Notes: generated from the sequence alone by a model not told the origin. A stretch of 64,000 nt of DNA from Carcharhinus amblyrhynchos (GCA_965287045.1 OZ336885.1:62310001-62374000), one strand, 5' to 3'. Counted from the first letter of the stretch, positions 37,730 through 50,830 are shown. Translations and numbers: made by a program.

Positions 37730-38338
37730 ATTGAAAATGTGTTCATGGGACAATCCCCAGTCGCCACACTTGGACGCATGTTTGCGTACGCTTTGTGAGC
37801 ATTTGGCGTTGGCAGTTTTCCGAACGTTCACAACTGTCGGAACGTGGGAGGACATCAGAGCATCTGGAGGAAATCCACGCATGAAATCGGAAAATGTGCA
37901 GACTCCGCCCAGTGACCCAATCCGGAAATCGAACTCGGAGGCATGAGCGCTGTGACGCAACTGTGTAATGACTGTGCCGTCGTGCTGCTTGCCTAGCTAT
38001 ACGTTTAGAAGGGATTGTTTCAAGTACTTTACTTTTTTGTAGGTTATTCTTCTATCTGAATGGGCAACGGATTTCCGTGACGTGGTGCCGTGTTTACCTC
38101 TCACCACAGACTTTGGAAGACAAGCAGAATGCATTCATTCTTTCACGTTATGGGGTTATACATCAACAAGTGTCTGCCAGTATTTGCCTGCGCGGCAGAT
38201 CCGGGACTCAATTTGTATGACAGTGGACTTTTTCTTTTTCAAAACTGCAGTGTAAAGATCGGAAGCTGAATAAAGATACATAGCTTGCAATGGGGTTGCA
38301 ACCGGGCCAGGTACAGCCACGCGCGCCCATCTCACAAG
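37730..38338 (+). pseudogene. NKp30/NCR3-like germline-joined VJ Ig exon, split by a SINE and frameshifted
   Basis: VFMGQSP (to 37759), then the SINE, then one frame AIRLEGIVSSTLLFC-(14 aa)-W in SVTWCR (Cys 38038, Trp 38083), followed by QIRD/LNLYDSGLF..CSVKIG and GVATGPGT. Order and spacing match a V domain with a J-like G strand. Confidence 0.7.
37760..37990 (-). mobile_element. Degraded HE1-like SINE inserted in V exon
   Basis: GTGGGAGGACATCAGAGCATCTGGAGGAAATCCACGCA...CAGACTCC..CCAGTGACCCAA..CGGAAATCGAAC motifs. Confidence 0.75.
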
Positions 38339-38495
38339 GTCGAACAAACACGCACACACCCACACGCATATTGAGGCCTGAACTTCATGGCAACAATCTT
38401 AACAGAAGTTTACCGAAATCATAAATATGCATGGCAATCCAGGCCCAGGCCCAGCAAACATGATTCAAGTGGCAATATCAAATTGTGTCTTTCAG

Positions 38496-39072
38496 AACTC
38501 AAGACTTTGAGGCGAAGTCTCGAAGAAACAGGTGAGGAAATTAGTCGACTCAAATTTCCAGTGCGTTGCTGATTTACTTCTCCGGGACATATAATTGTGT
38601 ATTTTTCAATTTGCTAAAGGTAGTCAAATAGACATTCCGATGGTCTCGTCGATTAAATGAAACGAAATGTTGCATGCCCATAATAGACAGCAAACAGTAG
38701 TTGAATGATCATTTATCGGCTTATTAATCGGGTGATAGGACGCGATGTTTACTGAGACACCGACTGTTTTTAAGTGTTTTACTATGTCCTAATGATTTAT
38801 TGTAGAGCAAAAGCTGATCCAAAGTCAGAAAGGTAAGTTAACATAACTACACATTATGTCGTTCTGTTATTTGGCAGTTGAATTAATTATGATTCTCTGG
38901 TAGCCGCGTTGCCACAATTCATATGTTTATTTGTTTTAATTTTCTGTACGTTTCAGAGCTGCTTGCGAGATGTAAACCCGACAGTGAGTAAATATATAAA
39001 TATATCAACAAAATATCATGCTTCGCTCGGCGGTGTGCGAATGGTAATATGATGCTCTGTTTATCAGATTAA
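38496..39072 (+). other. Micro-exon cassette A: 38496-38531 (36 nt), 38806-38832 (27), 38957-38983 (27), terminal 39068-39072
   Basis: AG acceptors with GT donors (gtgagg, gtaagt, gtgagt), all phase 1; the spliced frame is open: ELKTLRRSLEETEQKLIQSQKELLARCKPDN*. Confidence 0.75.
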
Positions 39073-39169
39073 GTCTGTGCCAGACCATTCTCCTGCTTCA
39101 TTTCCTGCTCACTAAATGTGTCCTTCTGCAAACAAGTGCGCGCCTGCAACATGACAGCAGTCACCAGTC

Positions 39170-39527
39170 TTTTTTAATGTTATGTTATGTTCGCGCAATC
39201 CCAGACTGACTCTGAGAAATCCATTGATGGGAGCTTCGAATTTACATGGCCATTCCATTATCTCTATGTGGATTTCAATGTAATGAAAACATGCATAGTT
39301 TTTTTTTTAATCCCCTTCGTGAAGAATGGCCGTTTTAAATGCATTTCAGATGGCAAAACGCGCAAAGGCATGCCACATGGATTTAAATACAGGAAGAGAG
39401 ATACATAGTTTAAAATGGTAGTACGACCGAAACTGACGGCCCCAAAGCATCACGGCAATTAATACATGAACATATATTGATCGGTCGAGGAAGGCGAACG
39501 TTCATAATGTTCACCGTTTTAGAAATG
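39170..39527 (+). pseudogene. Possible decayed V(J)-like exon
   Basis: AQSQTDSEKSIDGSFEFTWPF start and IGRGRRTFIMFTVLE end, followed by gtaagg. Confidence 0.3.
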
Positions 39528-40891
39528 TAAGGAACGACCATCGAATTACCATTACTTCAATTATCAACTGATTCGCAAAAACATTAAAGCTGTTCATCTG
39601 GACAATTAATATTACGACATTCTCCACAAGATTGTTTGGATGATGGCTCAAGCAGGGTGCAGGCGCATCCAATAGCGGCTACGCTATCCCCATTCTGCAT
39701 GCGCTTTGCTAGATATTTACCGAAATTTGACGCACGCTTGAGTACATGATAATACATCGGAAAACAGGCCAAAAGCGGAAGAGTAAACCGGGCTGTCTGT
39801 GAAAGGAAATCGAACAGATTTTTATCGTAATTATAATCGTGACATTTCATCCAGTGAACATTGCAGATTGGCATTGCCCTGGTGGATTTCTCCCGGATCA
39901 ATACATTTAAGCATCAAAGTAATCCGAATCATCAGTGAGGTCGGGAATGTGGTGCTGCTGATCATTTACCATAGTTTCTGTACGGTTGACCCGTATTAAG
40001 AAGGTCTATTTTGCTTTTCAATATAGTCATTGGTACTCCACATGATGTGTAGGTCATGAAAGTAAGGGCCCGGGTTTGGAGAAATCCTACAATGGTTAAA
40101 AGAAACGGTTTCTTTGGGCACTTCATGGCATGGATAGGTCAGAGAGGGACTTTTGGCATCCAACAATCTTCTACATGACATGGGAAGTTCGGAAACGGTA
40201 CAGAGTTTGTAGCTGAAACGCAAGTTACATTTTACCGAAATGCGATCACAACGCTCTTGCTAGGGTATTTTTTTCAGAATACGCGCATTTGGATTCCGTG
40301 GAGAAGTAAGAGTGGATTTAATGATCATTGGTACTGATATGCACCGTCAATGTGATTGCAGGCGAATGGTTCAGAGAATCACAAGCAGGTAAACATATAA
40401 AACAAAAATCGGGTTCAGTCGTTTTTGCCAGCATGCGTTATCAATTGTTTAAATAATTCAGAACATCTAATGGCTACGCAAAGACAGACCAATTTTAGAT
40501 CAACGTCCTTTGCCTTTTAGTGAAATGTTTCTCTCCTTGTCAAAGATGTTTCAAGTAAGCGTTTAAGCCTAACAAAAATGTTTACAGATAAGCATGCAAG
40601 TAAAACGGCAAGAGCTGAGACGATGCACACACGCAAAAAAAGAATCGTGCGAACGAAAGGTAGAAGCAGAAAATAGGTTTGTCAACGGAACTGACTGACT
40701 TTTTTATTTTCATTTTCTGTTTGAAAATCAAATATGGTATACGTACTGCACATGTGTCGCTCGGTTGCCTTTGCGATTTCATAAACACGTATCCGAAAGA
40801 TCATCCGCATGTAATTGGTGATAAAATGCTTAAAGTTTGTTTCATCTTCAATGGCGTCTGGATGAGCAACATGGCTTTAACATGGTTTCAG

Positions 40892-41195
40892 TGAAATTTT
40901 AGCAGCGAGAAAAGATTAAGGTTACGAGAGATATGCATTTCGAGGAAAGTTATTAAATGGAAGAAGCCGTTAAGTTGTGTGCCAAGATCAATTTTACTTA
41001 CAAGTCCAGAAGGGATGGTTTGTACCTACTTGCTAATGCCAGGCACTATATTTTTTTGAATTATTGTTACAAAAAACTAGAGCAAGTAGTTGGAAAATCG
41101 AAGGCAGTAAACAACGTGATCGAGGATACCTTTAAAACATTAGGGGAAATAAAACATGCTGATGGAAGGGGAACAGAACGATAGAAAATTATTTG
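40892..41195 (+). pseudogene. Decayed V(J)-like exon
   Basis: tttcag| acceptor; NGRSR*VVC...KGWF...RASSWKIEGSKQRDRGY in one frame and HADGRGTE in another; leader-like TDFFIFIFCLKIKY G|gtatac upstream (~40680-40736). Confidence 0.45.
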
Positions 41196-42449
41196 AACTT
41201 GGAACGGAAAGGCTCGATACTTGGCAGCTAAGAGAAAGATAACTTTCATCGTATCCTGAGCGCATTTTCGGTTATCAAACAATCGTCGGGGGGTCGTGGG
41301 AGTGGGATTTTTAGCAGATATTCATGAAATTTAGGCACGTTGTTCCTGATGCACTGGAGAATTACATTTGCATGCGCTGAATGGTAAAATTATATTTCCA
41401 CAAAAAAATGGAAATGGACAAATGTAGAGATGCAGTCCATCCTTGTTATGGGAAAGAAAATACGTTGGCTGTCTTTGCATCAGGGTATTTTATTTCCGAG
41501 ACACGCATTCTGTGGTCCACTGAAACAGGACACTAGTAAATATTTTCGACGATTTTTAGAAAATCAATAAAAAGGTGACTGTTTTAATGATCCAAAGAAT
41601 GTACAATGTTGTATGAAAGCCTATGAATGCGGCTGATGCGCTTCCTGTATGATCGTGAGAATAACTCAATTATTAATCAAACGATAATTTCATTTGCACA
41701 GCAGAACAGCGTACGTTTTTTTTTCAAATATTTACCGATGAAGCCTTTGGATGAAGCAATTCATGTACCTTGCCAGGAGATTATCGCAGATATTTTAATA
41801 ATACCAACGATTATTATCACTTTAAGTTTGTTTTTGTTTTTGTAATCACTTTAATCATAATTTAAGACGTTTTGTTATATTCATTTTGGCGTAAGACATG
41901 TGTGGAACAAATACTGATACGTTTCCTTTTCGTTGTCGTATCCTAAATTGTCTCCTCTCTTCCTCTTTATCCCTGTCTACCATTCTCTCTCAATCTACTT
42001 TTCTCCCTGTCCTTTTTTTCGCAAATTGATAAATGGAATAGCTAGGAATATTAAACTAGAGCCAGCACTGTCGTTACGAAAGCAAATCAATGCGTCTACT
42101 TACTGTAATGACGAAGGAAATTTAGGATTTCAGATACGACTCTCAACAACTTTAACAGATGCACCATTGAAAGCATTATTTCTGAATGTATTAGAGTTTG
42201 CTGTGGTTCCTGGGCTGCCCAGCACCGCAATGAAAAAATATTTTTAAAAAGGTCATCAATATAGCCCAATACATCACACAAACCATCCTCCGATTCACAG
42301 ACTCTCTCCGCACTTCCTACTGCCTGGGCAAAACGTTCAGCACAATTAAGAACCCCGCACGTTCCGGAAAGAAGAGGTGATTCTCCCAAAAGTGCTGAAT
42401 TGGTGCGAAAAATGTTCTAGATCACGACTATTTTCTCAGTTTAACTTCA

Positions 42450-45400
42450 CGCTTGAATCTGCCCAGTCTCTCCACTGCAAAAGTCATAATCTTGAATATC
42501 ATTAAAATCCGGTGAGGGAGGGAAGGTGGGCAGACGATTCGCGCCAAAGAGCCAAAAATTGGCAGGATGAGCAGGAATCCTTGTATGCATGCTTTACTGG
42601 GAGATCGTTGAAAACACCTCCCCGCATTCAGATCACTGCCATTCAACCTCTACATATATAACTTGCCTCATCCCTTGTCCACACAACAGGAAAACAGACA
42701 TTGCCTTCGTCATCGCTAGCCCACACAAATCCACAAGGCATCGCTGGCCTCATCGTTGGCCCCCACAGCCTCCCGACAGGCATCATTGGCTTTATTGCTG
42801 ACCCCATCCCCGCATCCCCCGCCCACTCACAGACATTGCTGACCTCATCTCTGCCCCCCACAAACCCCCTAAAAACATCGCTGGCCTTTTTGTTGAACCC
42901 ACAACGCCACCCCCGCCCCTGCAGCCATCGGTGGCCTCATTATGTCACACCCAATTTGCCTCCCCAAACATACAGATGTGTCTGCCTCCTCACCTCATGC
43001 CTCCCCGAATCCGAACAATGTAGATACCCGATCCCCCCATCCCTTGAACATACTGCCCTCACTGCTGCCCTACGTGTGTTGACACGCACAACCACAGTTT
43101 GTGATCATTCCCTCTCTTCAATGGGGTTCTTGAGTATTGCACCCCACTGGGCACAGCAGCTTATCGATTCGAAGCCCTGAGTATTGCTCGCCATGCACTG
43201 CAATATGTTAATGCTTGCTATCCACCTTATGTTCCACAGGAAAATAACATCCAGAACGCACGGGAAATGTCACAGATTAGAGGTCGCCTGCCTTACCAGC
43301 GGCAACAAACCAGCATGGAAAAGTGTGCGATTCAACTGGCAGGGCGTGCTCGAATAATCAACGATAGCCAAGTCGGCGTCCAGCAAGCAAGTGAGCAGAA
43401 GCGCATCCTCATCCAAGGGCCTCCTCTCAATAAGTGTGATGCTGCATTGAATGCCATGCCTCCCTCCCGCTAATCTGCGATTTTTTTTTAACAGCCCTAG
43501 GCGCAAAGGAATCTAGCCCTTTGGATGTTGCCTGAGCCCCTGCTGTTCTGGAGCAAACTGCCAACAACAGCTCGGATCAAGCCTTGGAAGGAAGCACTGA
43601 GGAATCCTCCGAGGACAGCACCACTGAAGCGTCACCAGCATGTGCCATACAATCCACCAATGCAGAGACAATCACCATGGTGGGGATCTTTAGTTTTGAG
43701 ACTTCTGGGTTATGAACTGATGAGCATATCACAGATTTCAATTCACATCGGGTGGAAGCGGACTCATCCGAAGGCTCGGGAACATGGAGGTCTGCCAGAG
43801 CCCAGGAGACAGCTATCCCTAAGCAAGCTGCTGGGCGTCTGTGTTTATTCCTCCCAAGGTTGGTGGAGATGCATCAGGAAACCCGAGGATTTGGGGAAGG
43901 GCTGTCAGCAATCATAATGCGAATGAAAGGCTGTGTTGTGGAGTCAAACAGAGCACTGGTGCAGGAGGTGGTGCCAGAAAAAGTGTGAGATTCAGGCAAA
44001 AACTGCAAGGGTGGTGGCCGTAGTGAAAAGTCTAGCTCAGGATCCTGTCCTCATGGGTGAGAGGCTCCAAGCCATTTTGAGACATATGGGTCACGGGCGA
44101 GTGTGTTTGCAACATCCAAGAGGCACAGCGTTCAATGATGATGGACGTCGATGGAGCATGTGAGAGACACTGCTGGCCTGGGTTGGGACTTTCACTGTCA
44201 TCCTGAAGACACAGCAGGTCGTGACTGTGCGCCTATGCAACTCAGCCCAGGTTTAGATGGGTAGTACTGAACGGCTCCAGGGCCTGTTTCGCTCACAGAA
44301 TGCTGTAGAGGAGGGGATCTGGAACATTGAGGTATGTGCTCATGGCATCATGGAGCAGTCACATCTAGGCCTTCAGCAGAGCTTACAGAGGGCAGAGCTT
44401 TTGGAGCTCAGTCCTACTACCCTGGCACTCCATGGAGTGCCCCTGGGGCCTCTGGACACCTCAAAAGAGGAGGAAGGTCTTGAACCCATGTCGGAATCTT
44501 CTATCCAGGTGATCCCAGAGGTCCCAAGGCATTCCGATTCCCCTCTTCCTCACATCGGGGCATCTCATGGCAAGAGACATGAACAGGGTAGCACCAAAAC
44601 AGTGCCATTCTCAAGTCAGCCGGGGCTTTCCATGTCCCCGCTAACCCAACGGACGTCGGCCAAGGGCATCTCAGGCAATGGGGCGTGCATCACAGCTGGA
44701 CAGCTTCATGTTTGATGTGCAGACTGCATATCACCGAGAAGAAGCAGTAGACAGTACAACGTTAGAAACACGGGTTAAGTAGAGGACACAGGTGAAGGTC
44801 AACAATCGTAAGGGTTTGGATATCATTTTTGATCAGAACATAACTTGTTAATTGCATATGACACATTGAAAAATATGTCTTTGATTCGTTCCCCCAGGCC
44901 CCATCACCCACCGACACTCGACCTCATCCCCCACCCTCACAGCTCACTATCCCTGACTCTCAAACATATAGGTGCTGTCTGTTGGGCCTGGCAAATTGAG
45001 CTGCATGTATTGGAGTCCCTGTCCGACATTCGCCAACATCCACCAGACAACTGGTACGAGTGATACCCTCTCTTAACCAAGCAACATGTGTCTCAAACGT
45101 TACAGTTAGGATGAACCAGAGTCACAGTGTGTATTTGGAGTGCAGGAAGGAGTCAGATTTGAGTTGCGCTAGGGGCAGGATACCCATGTGCAAAACAGTG
45201 TGTCATTGTACAGCCTTCAACCAGTATTTGCTAACGTTGCCAGTCCAAACACATCAATCGGGTCAGCTGTTCTGGGGAGTATGGTGGTGGGATGTCTGAA
45301 GCAGGGAGAGTGTAATGTGGTGATTTTAGGTCTAGTTCTGTTTGGCAGGCGGGCCGGGGGGGCGGGGGGGGGGGGAGGAGGGAGGTGGAATGTCAGTTAC

Positions 45401-48400
45401 ACTTGCTCCTGGATGTGGTGGATCTGTGTTGGCTGCAATCCCCTCATTGCACAGCACCAGCTAGTTGAAGTGGGCTGCAATCAAAGCGTCCCTGGCTGTC
45501 CATTTCTGCCGGACATCTGTCGTTACCGCCTGGCCTGGCACGGCTCGTTATTCATATGGTGGCATATCCATCCCACCCACTCTGCACTCAAACTGTTAGT
45601 TTTCCTCCTGCTCCAGCTGGTCTCCCCACTGCTGGGCGATGTTGTGGAGTGTGTAACAAACCATAATGATGCGTGAACCACGCACAGGGTCATGCTGGTG
45701 AGGCCCCCAGAGTGGTCCAAGAAACGGTACGTCATCTTAGGCAGGTCAATGCACTTCTGAATGATGGAACGGATGACTACAAGGGCCTCATTGTAGCGAG
45801 TCTCTGCCTTTGTCTCGGGTATTCACACAGGCGTCATCAACCTTAGCAGGTAGCCTTTGCTCTCAGTAGCCATCCCTGCAGCCTGAGCTGGTCTTCAAAG
45901 TGCACAGAGATGCCTGACCATCGGTCACAAATCTGTTATCTGGGTGGCGTGCATCGACCTGCATGATTGCTTGATGGTCGTAGATAACTTTGCATTCATG
46001 GAATGGAATTCTTCCTGTTCAAAATTTGCTGCAACTCTCTATGGGAGAGCGGGGGCACAAGACGATGTGTGTTTCATCCACTGCACCTTGCGTATTCAGA
46101 ATCCCAGCAATGGATGCAAAGCTGAGGGCCCGGGCCTCCTGCTATACCTGGCCCATATTGAAATTAATTAACAGCTCTGCCCGGGTACACACAAGGCATC
46201 TGCGACCTGTCGCAAACAACTGTGCATTCGGCCTGGGACCCAAGCCACATCACCTTAGGGTGCCTGGAATTATCCACAGGCAAAGAAATTTAGGGCAGCC
46301 ATCACCTTCTCGTCCACAGGGATCGAGTTGCCCGCCCCTCCCTGAGGTGCCACGTTTGAGAGTACCTCAGAAATGCGTCGCACTGTGGTCTTGGACAGGC
46401 ACAGCCAGTGATGGCACATCTCACCCAAAAGGGCATCAAACGAATTGTGGGGCCTGAACTTGCTTGTGTCGTGGTTCCCCAAGACGACAACTTATTTAAC
46501 CCGATTGAAACAGAGAGTCTGAGTTGTAATCTTCCAAGCAGTAGACTTTATTTTCCAGTACAAGAGAAATAAAGCCGGGAGGTCCGGAACACTCCGCAGA
46601 GCCCTCGGCTTACAGTCTTTTTATGCACATTTCAGCTCCATATCTCAAGATTCTTATCTCGCTTTTACAATGCGACCTCGTTTAGCCACCATTGTTTCTG
46701 TACTGACCCCTTATTTACCTTGCTTGAGATTGGTCACCCATTGTTACATCTCTTTTCCTCTCGAAACCATGGTAGTTACATCCTTTGCCCTTATCTTTAC
46801 GACTCTGCTTGTACAACAACAGTGGTTTAGCTGACTTAGGCCGAATGTGAAGAAAAACATGCTCACTTTATTCTTTCCTGCTTGTTACAATCATATATTA
46901 AGCTGGACAGCTGTATAGTACCCATTGTCTCCCCAAGTGACTGCTGTTTGCATTTGCTAATAAGTAACTGCTATACTGCTTCTCTGGGCCTCCTGCTTTG
47001 ATCACATTTGCTACACTTGATTATATTAGGTTACAAATCAGCTATACTTGATTACCCATCCCAATTCTACTTCAAGGAAGACACTCTAATACTATCCGTG
47101 ATTCCATACTTCATACCCAGTTTAGGTACAATTATTCAGTACAAATTCTCTAAGCACTAACATGCTTACATATTGAGTACAAATTTCCTTACACTTGTCA
47201 ACTGCAACCTCCACCTTCTGTGCACTTTCTTCGGAGGCCGGCTATCGACCTCCCTGCCCTCAGCAGCAACCCCCTGCCCTCCCTACTGTTGGTAGGGGGT
47301 CTACAGAGGGTCTGTTGGTGCCTGCTCCTGCGATGGTTTCTCCACACCCGCTAAATCCTGAGCCACTGCCCCTCTGCCACCAATATGGCCAGCTCCAGAT
47401 CTAGCAAAGTAAAATACATCTGCACAGTGGGGTTTAGAAAAAAAAATAGAATGACTGGGTTATTCTAATCATATGCACAGACCAAGCAGCATCCCAATCC
47501 CTCACTGGGGCCAAAGAAAAAAAGAAAACACTTGAGTAGCTGGAAACACCACGCAATCAATGATAACATGCACACTGCAATTAGGGTTGTGTGGCATTCT
47601 CATCATGACAAATACTGTCAGCGACTATGCAGGTCAGTGTGCAGCCCAGGTCAATGCATACCGTGGAGCCTTTGTTATGTGTGCAACTGCAGCCTCTGTT
47701 ACAGGCATATGTTGCTCATCCACGTTGCAGTGACAAACGGCGAAAGAACACCAGATGAGTGTCAGTGACAGCAGATTCCACTCAGTCCATGTCTCTGCAC
47801 CCTGGACTGAGCAGGAGCTGCTTCATCCGGTTGGATCTCAGCTAGTACATGAAACATTCCTCCCCCATTCTGGAACAGCAGCACACAGCCGAGATCCTGA
47901 GTTCAAACAGGGGGAAGACAGTGCCAGTGCAATGTGGGGGAGGATGAGTGGGAGCTATCGAGGCTGCTTCCCACACTGCGTGACAGCGCTGCCTGGGGGA
48001 GAGGGGGGTGGTGAGCCGGGGCCCATGTGCTGCCTCCAACGCTGCGCTGCAGATGTGCCTGGGGTGGCGGCCGAAACGAAAGCTCTCGAGGCTGCCTCCC
48101 ACACTGAGCTACCCAGCTGCCCACAGAACCGTTGTGGAGGGATGGGGATCGAGGGAGAGGGCGTGGATAGGCGGGATTCTCTGACGAAACTTCACCAAGA
48201 GGGCTGTGAGGAATTTGAAGCCCCCCACCCCCCCCCCCCACCCCCCACAAACACATACCCATCCGTGTTATCACTGCTCGATTGGCCAACACCTCACGGC
48301 TGCAGGAGTAAGGCTATTGTGCATCTCCGGGGCTTGCCTGCAACATTCCACGCACCCCGCTAGAAGCACTTACTTCCTCACGCCAGTGCACTGCTTCTCA

Positions 48401-48683
48401 GCAAGGTTGAGACTTTTAAGTACCGACTCCGATTTGCGCTAAATTTATATCGCGAAAAAGATAGGAGACGTGAACGCGGGAGGAGATTGCCGTGTGGATC
48501 CCTATAATGGCATGTTAACGTATGTAAAGTCATGCGAATCAGTGGCCTGCCTGTTTTTCCGGGCTCCCGGCGGCTCCCTTGTTCCCCATTTGTGAGATGC
48601 AAGTGGGGAAGCTGCAAAATGGCCAGCACGTATATCTCTCGATCCACCAGGAAAGGTGCGGGTTGCGATGAGAGATTCAACCC
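42450..48683. mobile_element. Degraded PIF/Harbinger DNA transposon(s)
   Basis: Minus-strand HARBI1-like transposase remnants (FRPHNSF..., IPVDEKVMAALNFFACG, RFLDHSGG; ~45420-46466). Plus-strand Myb/SANT-partner-like remnants (~43240, ~47880-48060). Weak TIR-like ends GCTTGAATCT / AGATTCAACC. Possibly a mosaic of two elements. Confidence 0.75.
46467..47193 (-). mobile_element. Solo LTR inserted into the Harbinger transposase
   Basis: TGT...ACA termini; 4-bp TSD CTTG (46463-66, 47194-97); minus-strand TATA-like (~46620) and AATAAA (46547-52). Confidence 0.85.
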
Positions 48684-48684
48684 C

Positions 48685-48905
48685 ATATCCTCTTCCACGT
48701 TCTTCCGTCGTAAAAAAAAATATACGAACGTTTGCGGACAGGTACCAAGGAGCTCAAGAAGATTTTGTTCCCTGCTGCCATCAATGGACCCACCTCGAAT
48801 TTAGTTGATCTATCGCTGCACCTTAGCTATGACTGTAACAATGCATTCCCACGTCTCTCCTTTCCTCCTCTATGAATGCATGTGACAATAATAAATCAAA
48901 TCAAA
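48685..48905 (+). mobile_element. Rex1/Babar-like LINE 3' fragment
   Basis: CTTCCGTCG..AAAA.ATAC...GTACCAA..A.CTCAAGAA...TTCCCTGCTGCCATCA; tail shared with 50975-51430. Confidence 0.6.
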
Positions 48906-48989
48906 TTATGGAGGCTAAGTCTAGATTCCACATTTATTAAATGAATGCTAGCCAAGCTAGACTCGCCCTTGAAGGCATTTATAACGAAA

Positions 48990-50830
48990 CAGTTCAATTT
49001 CTTACTTTAGTACCTGCTGTACCAGCATGCTAGATGTATTTTGATTCATGAAGTCACCCACATCCCTTTGCACACGATCACCCCTAACATTCTTCCCATT
49101 AATATAATAAGTTGCTGTCCCCATTTTTTTAATGACAAAATGCATTATCTCACATTTACCCGTATTGAGTTTCATCTGCAACATCTTGGCCCACTCTCTT
49201 AATCAAACGATATCGACTTGTAAGTTTCTTCTTTGCACATTTCAACTTACTGTCCAGCCTAATTTTGTGCATTTGCAGATGTGACTATGGAGTCGTATAT
49301 CCTTGGATTAAATTCATTAATATGGATTACAAAATGCTGGAGGCCAATGACCAATCCCTGTGGCACCCCACGAATTGCTTCTTGCTATACAGAAAAAAAG
49401 ACATTTATCCCAGCTCTCTGTCTTCTTTCCATCAGTAAGTCACTTGACAAGTTATTGAGTTACACCTAATCCATGCGATCTAACCTTGTGAATTAACCTT
49501 TTGTCCAGCTTCTTATCAAATTCATTCTATAAGTCCAGATATATTACATCTGCAGGATCCCCATTATCCAGTTTGTTTGTTACATCTTCAAAGAAATCTA
49601 GCCCATTGTCAAACGTGATGTGGCGACATCAAACCACGCTGATTCTGATGGATCGTGTTTTGAAATTCCAAATAAGAACATAAGAACATAAGAACATAAG
49701 AAATAGGAGCAGGAGTAGGCCATCTGGCCCTTCGAGCCTGCCCCGCCATTCAATAAGATCATGGCTGATCTGTCGTGGCTCAGTTCCACTTTCCCGCCCT
49801 CTCCCCATAACCCTTAATCCCCTCTCTTATCAAAAACCCATCAACCCGCTTCTTAAAAATATTTAGCGAGGCAGCCTCCACCACTTCAACGGGCAGAGAA
49901 TTCCAGAGATTCACCACCCTTTGAGTGAAGAAGTTCCTCCTCAACTCCGTTCTGAACTGCCCCCCCTTTATCTTGAGGCTGTGCCCCCTAGTCCTACTGT
50001 CTTTTTTGAGCGGGAAGAGTCTTTCCACCTCTATCCTATCCATCCCATTCATCATCTTATACGTCTCAATGAGATCTCCCCTCATTCTTCTAAACTCTAA
50101 CGAGTACAAGCCTAGTTTATTCAGCCTCTCCTCATAGCTCAACCCCCTCAACTCCGGTATCAGCCTAGTAAACCTCCTCTGCACTCCCTCCAAGGCCAAA
50201 ATATCCTTGCGCAGGTGCGGCGCCCAAAACTGCACACAGTACTCCAGCTGCGGCCTCACCAATGCCCTATACAGCTGCAGCAAGACCTCCCTACTTTTAT
50301 ATTCAATCCCCCTCGCTATGAAGGCCAGCATCCCATTCGCCTTCCTGACCCCCTGCTGCACCTGCAGGCTGGGTTTTTGCGACTCATGCACAAGGACCCC
50401 GAGGTCCCTCTGCACTGTCGCCTGCTGCAGTTTTTCGCCACGTAAGTAATAGTCCTTCCTACCATTCTTCCTACCAAAGTGGACCACCTCACACTTGCCA
50501 ACATTAAATTCCATTTGCCATTTCCTGGCCCATTCGCCCAGCCTATCTAGATCCTTCTGCAGACTCTCCACACCCTCCGCACAATTTGCCTCCGCACAAA
50601 TCTCCCAATACCGCTTTCTTGGTAATTCGATCTACCATTTTCCCAACAGATGTTACACTAATAGGTCTGCAACTTACCACATTTTGCCACTCTCACTTTT
50701 TGAATAAGGACTTACACTAGCAATTTTCAGTCCATTGGAACCTTTCGTGAACCCAGAGCATTTTGGAATACTATAATCAATGGATCCGCTATCTGCTGCC
50801 ATTCTGAACCGTGTATGGATGGGGATTTGT
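48990..50830 (-). mobile_element. Older CR1 (48990-49670, 50600-50830) with nested young CR1
   Basis: ORF 49002-49184 MKLNTGKCEIMHF...QRDVG; RT sequence resumes after the insertion. Confidence 0.75.
49672..50590 (-). mobile_element. Young 5'-truncated CR1 LINE with uninterrupted 263-aa ORF2 C-terminus
   Basis: ORF 49780-50571 (LQKDLDRL..WQMEFNVGKC..LEYCVQFW..RGHSLK); (AAGAACAT)n tail. Confidence 0.97.

Noticed and set aside
42701-48363. GC-rich 130-200 aa ORFs (42701, 43525, 44257, 45188, 45990, 47755)
   Set aside because: They lie inside degraded Harbinger sequence, where high GC lengthens chance ORFs.
49780-50571. 263-aa ORF as a host gene
   Set aside because: It is the C-terminus of CR1 ORF2 in a 5'-truncated retrocopy.
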